NCBI GenBank assembly: GCA_027335345.1
Contig: DAHWOF010000204.1
Span: 17,245 to 81,244, forward strand
Direction of reading: 5' to 3'
Source: Granulicella sp.
Lineage (GTDB): Bacteria > Acidobacteriota > Terriglobia > Terriglobales > Acidobacteriaceae
DNA: 64,000 nucleotides
Numbering within the stretch: the stretch's first letter is position 1; every line of letters starts with the position of its first letter. Shown one piece after another: positions 31,701 through 40,500 of this stretch. A model generated the notes under the pieces. The model was not told the origin of the DNA. It searched no databases and worked only from the letters and a program-made list of their open reading frames with translations. The translations under genes were made by a program, and so were the position numbers.

Positions 31701-32138
31701 AACAATGTGTTTCTCGGCTACCAGGATCCCTGGGGAGCCACTGACAGCGTCACGCCTTCGGTTTACTATTTCTCCGCAGGCGCCAACGGCAATGAAGCGG
31801 AGACTGGAATCACGCTGAACGTCTCGCACAACATCGAGTACGGAATGACGAATGGGAGCTGCACCGGCGAGCCGTACCCTGGCACGAGCACGGGTGTACT
31901 TTGCGAAGATCCTCTGCTGGTCAACGAGCCGGCTGAGCCATGGCCTTCCGCCGGGGAGTCGGCGCTGGATGTCTTCGACCCGTTCTTACCAAACAACTCC
32001 TTCTATCCGCTGCCCAACAGCCAAATCCTGGGCGCAGGGGTGGCAGTCAGCGGTCTCGTCGATGATTACTACGGCGTGCCCTACACCGATCCACCGAATA
32101 TGGGAGGCGTGGCTTCGGCGGGGGATACGGCTCCGTAG
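28794..32138 (+). CDS. Large secreted/lipoprotein: IPT-like domain, 4 putative Ig (He_PIG-like) repeats, Cys-rich parallel beta-helix-like domain
   Basis: Lipobox-like SLLGC; four ~89-aa repeats (GGTSPYTW....G.LPAGLTL....G.ISGTPT); C-terminal ~600 aa paralogous to 33201-35024. Confidence 0.8.
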   Translation: MVQRCVLRAFKIIGMGLGIAAVFSLLGCGSAVVESIETPSISAVLPQSITAGLSSATMKVTGTNFTSNAVILWNGVQLATSRVDSGTLAASVQGSSIAVPGTAQVQVRNISTGRSSQMVPVSIVSATANASLPLSISSTSLTAGVAGSSYSGKLEATGGTSPYSWSIVSGSLPAGLSLVASSGVINGVPAVSGTFTFTVSVSDSSNPVQTQTAAISITIAAAPVSDPPLVITTASLVSGTMDASYTATLVASGGTSPYTWTLASGSLPAGLTLSTGGVISGTPTASGTSSFTVSVHDSSSPEQTKSETLSITVAPTVLTITTTALSAGTVNAGYTATLAVSGGTSPYTWALSSGSLPAGLTLSTGGVISGTPTASGTSSFTVSVHDSGSPAQAASISLTLTVAPPALSVTSSTLVTGTTNTAYSATLTATGGAAPYSYSWSITSGTLPAGLTLSASTGVISGTPTGDGVSGFTVTVTDSSSPVQTASAAVSITIDPETASPGTTWFIRPDGGTRYSANVPTGQCNGTADQPYPGTGVNQDCAFNDVRYLWSDNSGNPNAWVINGGDTVVIRGCTALPSQMNAANPDCRLGYDNNNNGNPPNYWCGYGNPNSTCFNPPIPAGTAAQPTRILGQCAYGTYTCTPINNNYPYGKTNETQLYGGFGLAWTINLESTNYVEIEGIELTTHNGQCTVAGYPSYPAGCSTSVPYSDMAENGFLTNNQTSNITLQDVYIHGFTSDGLYGPIGGPITMTRVFIGFNGFAGWMFDDGNATPDGPGSSITASYVTMIFNGCYEQYPITAKYPAQVCYDPNSGGFGDSWSGQGSGQGGQISELSSFTCDHCVDDYNTKDGFIGPHISIPQLIITNSVAIGNMGSNWKWGGEDGTPNNTTFQNNLTVNNCSRMSQPMDGVPSTYNMYLSDFCRAGGDGMASVIPINSVWNLQNNTFISADTTAMYVACAGTDTNCPATINSTNNVFLGYQDPWGATDSVTPSVYYFSAGANGNEAETGITLNVSHNIEYGMTNGSCTGEPYPGTSTGVLCEDPLLVNEPAEPWPSAGESALDVFDPFLPNNSFYPLPNSQILGAGVAVSGLVDDYYGVPYTDPPNMGGVASAGDTAP
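29550..29964 (+). repeat. Near-identical 148-bp direct repeat (29550-29697 and 29817-29964) in Ig repeats 2 and 3
   Basis: Both copies begin ggcgggacttcgccctacacctgg and end agcccgg; period 267 bp (89 codons). Confidence 0.9.
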
Positions 32139-32345
32139 GAGCGACGCCGTGCGGATCGAGAGGGTGGATGGCACGTCGCGACGGAGAGCGTCCCACGAGC
32201 GTCCGTCCTCTCAGACGGAGAAGAGCAGTTGTTGGAAAGTCAACAATCCCGGCATCCAGTGGTGATGCCTGAGCGACCCTATAGAATGATCCAAGTGTCC
32301 GGCGCCTGCAGACGCAGGAGTAGGCCAGACCAGATCGAGGGCAAC

Positions 32346-33185
32346 GTGGAGGATCCGTCACAGTTTGGCAAAGGCAACTGGGCAGGGTTCCCGGTTCCGC
32401 TTGACAAGGTTCGTGAAGCTGCGGCCGAATGGAGTTCGACGCTTGCGAGCGTCGAGCGGCCGTGGCTGTGCTGGAATGTGAGTGATCGCTGGTGCGCGCT
32501 CCAGCAGCGGCTGATCCACGAGGTGGGCTGGACGCCGGTGATCGGCTTCGATCCTCGCTGCGGCGCGCCAAAGACGGTGCTTCCCGGCTCCGTTGTGATC
32601 GACTTCAATGCCCGGTTCGGCTTTCCCATCATGTGGCCGCACTTTCCTCTGGAGTTTGCGTTCCTCTTTTCCGATCGGCTGGCCTTCTGGCACGCGGATC
32701 TTCTGTGCCGCATGGAGACCATGCAGAGGTTGAAGGGCGTCTTCGAAGGGCTGGAAGACGGGTCCATGGCCGCGGTCCCCGATCTTGGCAGCCGCCGTTA
32801 CCTCTACCGGTTCCGTCATCACCGGTACTGGGAGCTGGCGGGTTGCACGACGAGGGGCGCCAGCCGGTCGCAGTTCGAGCAGGGAGCCGGTTGGTGGCGG
32901 TCCTTCGTCGACCATCCCAACTGTCCCGATGAAAAAGAGCGCCGCCGCCGCGCCAGGTACTACTATGACTCTGGTGTCGGCATTATGTATTGGAAGCGGC
33001 GGCTGGGAGGGCGCATAGTGGATATTCCCCCGCGATGGGTGGCGGAGGGTCACTGCACCTCCATCAACAAGACGAACTATCGTCAAGTTCAGCCCGGCGG
33101 GCAAAGAAATCTCTCCGCGGAGATCGATCTGAACTTCGATATAGCCGAGGTGGCGAAACAGTTGGGAATCGATCATCTTCTGTAG
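32346..33185 (+). CDS. Hypothetical cytoplasmic protein, possibly GT-A-fold glycosyltransferase-like
   Basis: Aromatic-rich ORF with no signal peptide; GTG start after GAGGG; LAFWHADLL, YWELAGC, YDSGVG segments; function inferred only. Confidence 0.65.
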   Translation: MEDPSQFGKGNWAGFPVPLDKVREAAAEWSSTLASVERPWLCWNVSDRWCALQQRLIHEVGWTPVIGFDPRCGAPKTVLPGSVVIDFNARFGFPIMWPHFPLEFAFLFSDRLAFWHADLLCRMETMQRLKGVFEGLEDGSMAAVPDLGSRRYLYRFRHHRYWELAGCTTRGASRSQFEQGAGWWRSFVDHPNCPDEKERRRRARYYYDSGVGIMYWKRRLGGRIVDIPPRWVAEGHCTSINKTNYRQVQPGGQRNLSAEIDLNFDIAEVAKQLGIDHLL

Positions 33186-33200
33186 CGCCTCCTCATTGGG

Positions 33201-35024
33201 ATGAGAAGCAACCGGAGCATAATCATGGCCAGAGTGATCAGCCGAATGACCGTCATAAGAATCATTGGATCTCTCCTTCTCTTCTTCGCTGTCCTTCCTC
33301 TCTCCGCAGAGACCTGGTTTGTCCGCCGAGATGGGGGCACGCGCTACTCCACAAGGGTGCATGGCGGGCAGTGCGATGGGAGGGCGGATGCGCCCTATCC
33401 CGGCAAAGGCGTCAACCAGCACTGTGCCTTCTCCAGTGTGCAGTACCTCTACCTGGACGGCACCTATGGCATCTCCAAGTGGGTGATCACCGGTGGAGAT
33501 ACGGTGGTGATTCGGGGCTGTGCCGCGTTGCCGGGAGAACAGAACGCCGCGCCGCCGGACTGCCGCATCGGTTACGGCAACGCAGTGAACAAGAGCGGCC
33601 TCTGCTTCGGGGTCGCGGACTGTGGCATACCACCGCCGCCCTCGGGCACAGCCGCGCATCCGACGAGGATCCTAGGCGGATGTGCCTACGGAACGTACAC
33701 GTGCAGCCCGGTGATCGGCTATCCGTACATGAAGAATAATCTGGCGCAGCTCTATGGTGGCTTCGGTCTTGGTTCGGTGCTGAACCTGGGCGGGAGCCGG
33801 TACGTCGATATCGAGGGCCTGGAGATCACAGCGCACAACGGGAGATGCACTCGAGTCGGCTATCCGCAGTATCCATCCGGCTGTAACTCCGGGGTTCCCT
33901 GGAGCGATTACAGCAACGTGGGAGTCACCTTCAGCAACACATCATCCAATATCCTGCTTCAGGATGTTTACATTCATGGTTTTACCGGCCAAGGGATCTA
34001 TGGTCCGATTGGGGGCCCGCTGGCGTTGAATCGGGTCTCGATCGACTTCAATGCCTTTGCCGGATGGAACTTCGATGATGGCCACTCCACACCCGATGCT
34101 CCGGGCTCGACGATCACCGCCAGCTTTGTGAGGATGGAAGGCAATGGGTGTCTGGAGGAGTATCCCATCGTCCACAAACAGTTTCCAGCCTTGAGCTGCT
34201 GGGACTCCAATGATGGCGGCTTTGGCGACTCCTGGAGCGGGCAGGACACGAAACTCGACAGTTTCATCTGCGACCACTGCGTGATGGCCTACAACACCAA
34301 GGATGGCTTCATCGGTCCCCACACGATGATCCATTACCTGAAGATTACCAACTCCGAGTCCTACGGCAACATGGGCCAGCAGTGGAAGTGGGGGAACTCG
34401 CCGGGTGGAACCACCATCTTTGAGAACAACCTGACCGTGGGAAACTGTCGACGCATGGCGGAGCCAATGCCGGGGGCCAGCCCTGGTTATAACCGGAACC
34501 TAGGTCTCTTTTGCCGGGCTGCGGGGGACATCTTCAGCTTTTACGGCGCACCCAACAGTACGGTCCTCTTTGCGGACAACTCTACCGTGGGTTACTCCGC
34601 AACCACCTTCGACATAAGTTGTGCTACGCCCAATGCCTGCAGTTCAAGCAACTTCATCTTTCGCAATAACATCGTTCTGGGCTTTCTCGACCCCAGGTAC
34701 AGCACCGGCGAGGTTCCTGGCCTGTTTTACCTGGGAGATCGCTCAGTGAAGATCTCCACCGACCACGATCTGTTCTACAACCTGCGCTCCAAGCCCTGTC
34801 CGTACTTCGGCTCTACCAGCCTCATCTGCTCCTCGCCTGAGTTTGTGGGTCAGCCTCCGTCCACGCTCACCAGCGAGTCGCAGATGGACCACTTCAACTT
34901 CCATCCCTCTGCGGGCAGCCCGGCGGTAGGGCATGGCGTGTCGATCAGCGGGCTGACCAAAGACTTCTTCGGGGTTACTCGACCGAACCCACCCACGATC
35001 GGCGCGGCCGAGCCACAGCGATAA
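33201..35024 (+). CDS. Secreted Cys-rich parallel beta-helix-like protein with choice-of-anchor-Q-like tail
   Basis: Signal peptide ending LSA-ETWFVR; shares DGGTRYS, GDTVVIRGC, VYIHGF, GFGDSWSGQ, YNTKDGFIGPH with 28794-32138; ends DFFGVTRPNPPTIGAAE. Confidence 0.8.
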   Translation: MRSNRSIIMARVISRMTVIRIIGSLLLFFAVLPLSAETWFVRRDGGTRYSTRVHGGQCDGRADAPYPGKGVNQHCAFSSVQYLYLDGTYGISKWVITGGDTVVIRGCAALPGEQNAAPPDCRIGYGNAVNKSGLCFGVADCGIPPPPSGTAAHPTRILGGCAYGTYTCSPVIGYPYMKNNLAQLYGGFGLGSVLNLGGSRYVDIEGLEITAHNGRCTRVGYPQYPSGCNSGVPWSDYSNVGVTFSNTSSNILLQDVYIHGFTGQGIYGPIGGPLALNRVSIDFNAFAGWNFDDGHSTPDAPGSTITASFVRMEGNGCLEEYPIVHKQFPALSCWDSNDGGFGDSWSGQDTKLDSFICDHCVMAYNTKDGFIGPHTMIHYLKITNSESYGNMGQQWKWGNSPGGTTIFENNLTVGNCRRMAEPMPGASPGYNRNLGLFCRAAGDIFSFYGAPNSTVLFADNSTVGYSATTFDISCATPNACSSSNFIFRNNIVLGFLDPRYSTGEVPGLFYLGDRSVKISTDHDLFYNLRSKPCPYFGSTSLICSSPEFVGQPPSTLTSESQMDHFNFHPSAGSPAVGHGVSISGLTKDFFGVTRPNPPTIGAAEPQR

Positions 35025-35302
35025 CGGCCTGCCGCGCTGGAGGTTTTCTGGCTGAAGTCTCGAAAGGATACCGGCACCGTTGTCCGGGATGGGTTACGCC
35101 GGGCAAGGGGCGGGTGGGTAATGCTGCGCCGAATGGAGGATCGGAGGCCTGGCTGGGTGCATACGGCGACACCAGTCCCGAGAAGGCGGGCGGTCACAAA
35201 GATAGGGGGTCTTTTCTTCAGTGTGGATAGATCTGGCTGTGCGATTCCGGTCCCTCCTGGTGGTGAAGAGGCCGCGCCGCTTTGCGCGGGTCCGGGTCAG
35301 GG

Positions 35303-37015
35303 TCAGTGCGACTCGTCGAGAACCTCGATACCGGATACGGTTGCGTAGTTCCTGATGGGTTCGAAGTCCAGGTTGAGTTTGCCTTGCGCTGTGGGCTTCA
35401 GGTGATAGAACGTCTTGACTACAGGTTGACCCGGGGCGGCTTCGCGGGAGATATCGAAGTTGTCGAGCAACGTCTCGCCACTGCCTATGACGCGGAAGAC
35501 TCGACTTCCCACCCCGCCACCCTCGGGGCCGTTGGAGCCGAAGTGTAGCTCCGCAAAGTGCAGGATGACGGTGTACTGGTCTCGAGGATCTGCGGGGATG
35601 GCATACGAAAAGTGCCCATAACGTTCGGTATTGTAGAGGGGGGCGTCGGTTCCAGGGTTGGTTTCGCCGCTAGCAACGTCGTTATGGGTCAGCCGTCGCC
35701 CGCCCAGGTAGTAGGTGTCCGGATGCCAGAGTTGTCCATGAGGATCCATCCAAGGCGTGGCTCGGGTAATGATCCGGGTCGGGAGTTGCTTATGGGGCAG
35801 GCCGGGCAGGATCTTCAGGGCGCTCAGCGAGGGTGAGCCGACGTAGGTGCTGAGCTGAATGTGCAGGAATCCGTCCGGAGCTGGAGAGATATCGCGGAGG
35901 ACGCGTTCATCGGCGATGTTGATCCCCATGGCGTCCGAGAGGGGATCAAAGTCGCCAAAGACGTTCTTGCCGTTGATCGTCACCGTGAAGACAGACTTGT
36001 CCTGGTCCTCCTCAGGTTCCGGGGTCGGAGCCGCCGAGATGAAGTAAAGATGAAGTTCGTAGGTCCCCGGAGCCAGAGGAATCTTGTAGCTAAAGTCCCC
36101 AAAGCGACCGTAGTGAAAGAGGAAGGGATCGCTGGTTCGGGCGATGAAAACGGCCGGTTGAGTCTTCGTCCAACCGTTTACCCAATATTCATCAGGCCGC
36201 CAGAGATCCCCCGCGCTATCCATTTGGGGCGGGCCCTGGTAACCGCAGATGATCCGAAAGGGAACGGAGACCCCGACGCCGACCCCTCGGTGTGCCGGAA
36301 TGCTCGGTACGACGGGCGCCGGAACCTGTGCAGCCGATCGAGTGGGGTACATGGGATGGCCAAAGTGCAACCGGAGTCCGATTCCGAGCGCCAGGAGAAA
36401 AAACAAGGGCGCCAGGAACCGGGGCTGCAGGAACCGGGGCTGCTGCAAAGCGGCCTGAGTGCGTGGCTCTTTGGGATCCGGCAGCGCCGGAGCGGAGCTC
36501 CGCTTCTCATGGGGCTGTGACTCGGTAGCCTCGCCATCTTCCCAAGTGGGTTTCACCGTGGATGGACCGGCGGGGCCGACGGCGTGCGGTGGATGAGCCG
36601 CAGCCCCTGTCGCGTCCGTGGTGTTTAGCGGCCTGTTACCCTCAGCGTCACGGTGTTCAAAGACGGGAACGTAAGTTCCGGCGGGCAGTACAATCCGGAT
36701 GGGGTGATCCTTGCCTTTGGTCTCGTAGTAGGTTTTGAGCCATTTGCGCAGCCGATGGGCTTCCACGCGGGCAATCGCATCCTGGCTCGTTGCAAAGGAA
36801 GTTTTGCTCCGTCCCAGGACCTCAGTGGCGATGTTGAACTCGGTCAAGTGGTGGGCGCAACCAGAAAAGTACTTTTCTCCTAGATACCGCAGGAGTTTTG
36901 AAAGGCGATGAGCGCGCAGAAGATCCGCCGCCACTGTCTCGAACTCGGCTCGCTCGGCTGCAAGAAAGCCGGCAGGCGTGGTGTCTGTCGTCTCTGAACC
37001 TTTGCGAATATCCAT
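35303..37015 (-). CDS. Membrane-anchored regulator: N-terminal winged-helix-like domain, one TM, two malectin-like domains
   Basis: LSKLLRYL...EFNIATEVLGR...DAIARVEAHRLRKWLKTYY; TM FLAPLFFLLALGIGL; two repeats of W.PD.Y / R(F/Y)G.FSY.IP / L.F / VF.V / L..FD. Confidence 0.82.
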   Translation of the reverse strand: MDIRKGSETTDTTPAGFLAAERAEFETVAADLLRAHRLSKLLRYLGEKYFSGCAHHLTEFNIATEVLGRSKTSFATSQDAIARVEAHRLRKWLKTYYETKGKDHPIRIVLPAGTYVPVFEHRDAEGNRPLNTTDATGAAAHPPHAVGPAGPSTVKPTWEDGEATESQPHEKRSSAPALPDPKEPRTQAALQQPRFLQPRFLAPLFFLLALGIGLRLHFGHPMYPTRSAAQVPAPVVPSIPAHRGVGVGVSVPFRIICGYQGPPQMDSAGDLWRPDEYWVNGWTKTQPAVFIARTSDPFLFHYGRFGDFSYKIPLAPGTYELHLYFISAAPTPEPEEDQDKSVFTVTINGKNVFGDFDPLSDAMGINIADERVLRDISPAPDGFLHIQLSTYVGSPSLSALKILPGLPHKQLPTRIITRATPWMDPHGQLWHPDTYYLGGRRLTHNDVASGETNPGTDAPLYNTERYGHFSYAIPADPRDQYTVILHFAELHFGSNGPEGGGVGSRVFRVIGSGETLLDNFDISREAAPGQPVVKTFYHLKPTAQGKLNLDFEPIRNYATVSGIEVLDESH

Positions 37016-37518
37016 ATCGTTTCGGATCCATATCGTTTCGGACCCGGAGGCCTGCCCGATCGGGGTGATTCACCCCCGTAGTAGCATCCGTGTCTTCGGG
37101 TGGCAGGCCTGATTGTACATCGGTCAACCAGTCCCTTTCCCGTTCCCGAGCAGCGGACGGAGCCGGGCGGTAAAGTGCACTGCGGAGGGGGCGGGCGGAT
37201 CGTGCAAGGACCAGACGAGTCCTTTCATTAAAGCGTTTTATAAAGCGGTGCAACCGGGTCGTTTCTCCCACAATGCCGGAACACGTACGTAATTGATTCC
37301 AGGCTGGTTGGGAGCGTGTAACGGGTTGTCGTACTTTTTTGTACTTTATTAACGCTTCCCAAGTGCTTGCTCCTCTCATTTAGACTGCCCTCGATTTTTT
37401 GCAGCGGGCTGCGGCGCTCCTGAAATCCAGCGGAGCGCCGGCGCAGATTCAGCAAGCGGTATCGAGCGCAACGGGTTCAGTCACAAAAGGTTCAGTCACA
37501 AAACTTTCAGAGGTCAAA

Positions 37519-40500
37519 ATGCAAATTTGGAGCAGTAGCAGAAGGAAGGCGGAGTTGAGGGCAGGTCAGGGGGGCCGTGGTGGCTTTTTATCATGCCTGG
37601 CTCTGGTTCTCGGTTTTGTTCTCGCAGCGTGCCCGTTCGCGCAGGCTCAGATTGCCGCGCTGGCCAATTTGAGCGGCACGGTCGTGGATCCAACCCATGC
37701 GGTGATTCCCGGCGCCCAGGTGAGTCTGATCAATCAAGCCTCCGGCGCCACCCGTGTCATCAAGTCGAACAATGTGGGCGAGTTCGTCTTTGACGATGTT
37801 TCCCCCGGCGACTACCGACTGAGCGTGACCTCCAGTGGTTTCAAGGCATTGAGCGAAAGCGGCATCCACCTGGATCCGGGAGACTCGCGCAGCCTGCGTG
37901 AGATCGTGCTCCAGCCCGGCTCTGCTTCGGAGGTGGTGAGCGTCAGCGCCACGACCGAGGGAATCACGCTCGACTCCGGCACGGCCAGCACCATGATCTC
38001 GTCGGAGCAGATCAAGCACCTTTCTGTGGAGGGCCGCGACGTCACGGAACTGCTGAAGATTCTGCCTGGATTCGCCATCAGCGGCGGCAACAATAACGTG
38101 AACAATACCGCCTACGACCCGTCGCAGGTGAGCGTGGCCGGCGCCTATGGATCGTACTCCGGCCAAGGCACAATCACCAATGGGGTGGAAGTCCTTTATG
38201 ACGGCGTGGATCTTACCGATCCCGGCGCTTACGCTGGCACGCTGCAGAACATCAACTACGATCAGGTCGCCGAAGTGAAGGTGCAGACCTCGGCCATTAC
38301 GGCGGACCAGGCGTACGGCCCGATCGTGATTGATGCGGCGGGGAAGTCGGGATCGAATCAGTTCCACGGTGAGGTCTACACCTATGGCCGCACCTACCAG
38401 TTGGATTCCACCGACTGGCTGGCGAACTATGATCACCAGGGGAAGCCGCCCGACTACGAGATCTATCCTGGCCTGGCGATCGGCGGACCGATCCTGATCC
38501 CGCATGTGAATTTCAATCATAACCGGCACCTCAACTTCTTTATAGGTGCGGAAGATTACGTGCAGCGCGACGTGTATGCGTACGGCAACGCCACCAGCGC
38601 GATCCTGACGGCGCTGGTGCCGACGGCCGGCATGCGTACGGGCGACTTCAGTCAGTCACAGATCAATCAGTACCTTGGCCCGCTCGTGAACAGCAGCACC
38701 TACTCCAACATATCCTCGGTCCCGGCGCGGGGAATGGATGGCAGCGCGCTCACCAATGGGCAGCTGGGCACGAACCTGAATCCGACGATGGAGGCGCTGC
38801 TGAATACGTTACCGCTGCCCAACCTGCAAACCACCAACTCAGAAGGATACAACTGGGCAACGACCAACCTGGTGGACAACGATGACTGGCAGGGGCAGGG
38901 ACGCGTGGACGATGCCATTAACGACCGGAACCACATCTTTGCCGTGTACAGCACAGAACGCGGCAAAGAGGGCGTTCCGCAGATCGAGTATTACTCTCCG
39001 CGTGGCAACATGGGAGGCACCAACACGCCTGGCGGTGGTATGCTTGCCGACCTCAACTCCGAGATGGGGACGTTGAACTGGACCTGGATCATCAGCTCAA
39101 CGCTGACCAACAACGTGAGCGTCTCTGGCGCTTACTTTGATCAGGACTTTGTGGACAAGGACTTCTCTGCGCTGACGCTCAACGGCAATTGGAACTTTCC
39201 CGGAATCTTCCACAATGGATCGAAGACCATTCCCGAGTTCCAGGATTACGGCTACGACGGGCTGCCGGTGAACCTCTATCCGGATACCACCTTCAGCGGC
39301 ATCTACGCCAAGAAATGGATTCGCACGGGTGAGGACGACGCAACCAAGGTGATAGGACGCCACACGCTGCGCACCGGTGTCTATATCCAACTGGACAACA
39401 ACCACCAGGTTAGCCCCTTCGTCGATAGCAATGGTGGAATCGAAATGTATTACATTGGCCCAACTTACAATGACACGCCGTCGGGAACGACCGTTTATTC
39501 CACGGGCTCTGCTACCTGCGGCTGCGGCGGCAATTACCTTGCCGACTTCCTGGAGGGTGGGGTCTTCGCATACACCCAAGCCAACACCGTCCCAGCTCCC
39601 GACGTCTACGACTGGACGATTGACGGGTATGTGCAGGATCACTACCGTGCTACCAACTACCTGTCCCTGGACTATGGAATACGGCTGAACCACCTGACGC
39701 CATGGACTGCTGCCAACTTTGCGGGCATTCCGGTGTGGGAGCCGGCCACCTATGCTACGGGGCAGAATCCCAGCGCGCCTGGCTTCTTGTGGCATAGCCT
39801 GGATTCCAGCATTCCAAAATCCGGCCTGCTTGCTCGCTGGGCTTTTGTGGAACCGCGCGTCGGCTTTGCCTGGGATATGGCTCATAATGGGCGATCGGTG
39901 CTTCGTGGAGGCGCGGGCATCTACACCGCACATGACTCCACGAACGACATAGCATCGCCGGCCAGCGCTGCCATGAACCAGCGTACTGTAACCATGGATG
40001 GGCCATTCCTTCTTGCAGACGTACCTGCGAACGCTCCTCCCGTCAGTTCGGTCAGCACCTTCACCCCCACGCAGGACGGGTACGGCTTCTTCCCGAACGA
40101 TGATCATCAGCCCCAGGTCTACACCTATAACCTGATGCTTGATGAGGAGGTGCCCTTCCACTCCATGCTGCAGATCAGCTACGTTGGAAATGTCAGCAGG
40201 CATCTGCTGAACGACGGCTCTACGCAGCCAGTCACGCTGGACAACATCAACGCCATCCCTATCGGCGGCTTGTTCAAGCCCGACCCGGTGACGGGAGAGG
40301 TGTATCCAGAGGTTTGCCCGACCGGCAGTACGACTTGTACCGATATCAGCGGATTGACCCAGCAGGAGGTGGACGACTACCGCCCCTACACGGAGTACGA
40401 CGAGCTGGAGGTTGCTTCCCACAACGTGAATGCCAACTACAATGCGCTGCAGATCGTATGGAACAAAACATCAAAGTCGCTCAACTACGGCATTAACTAC

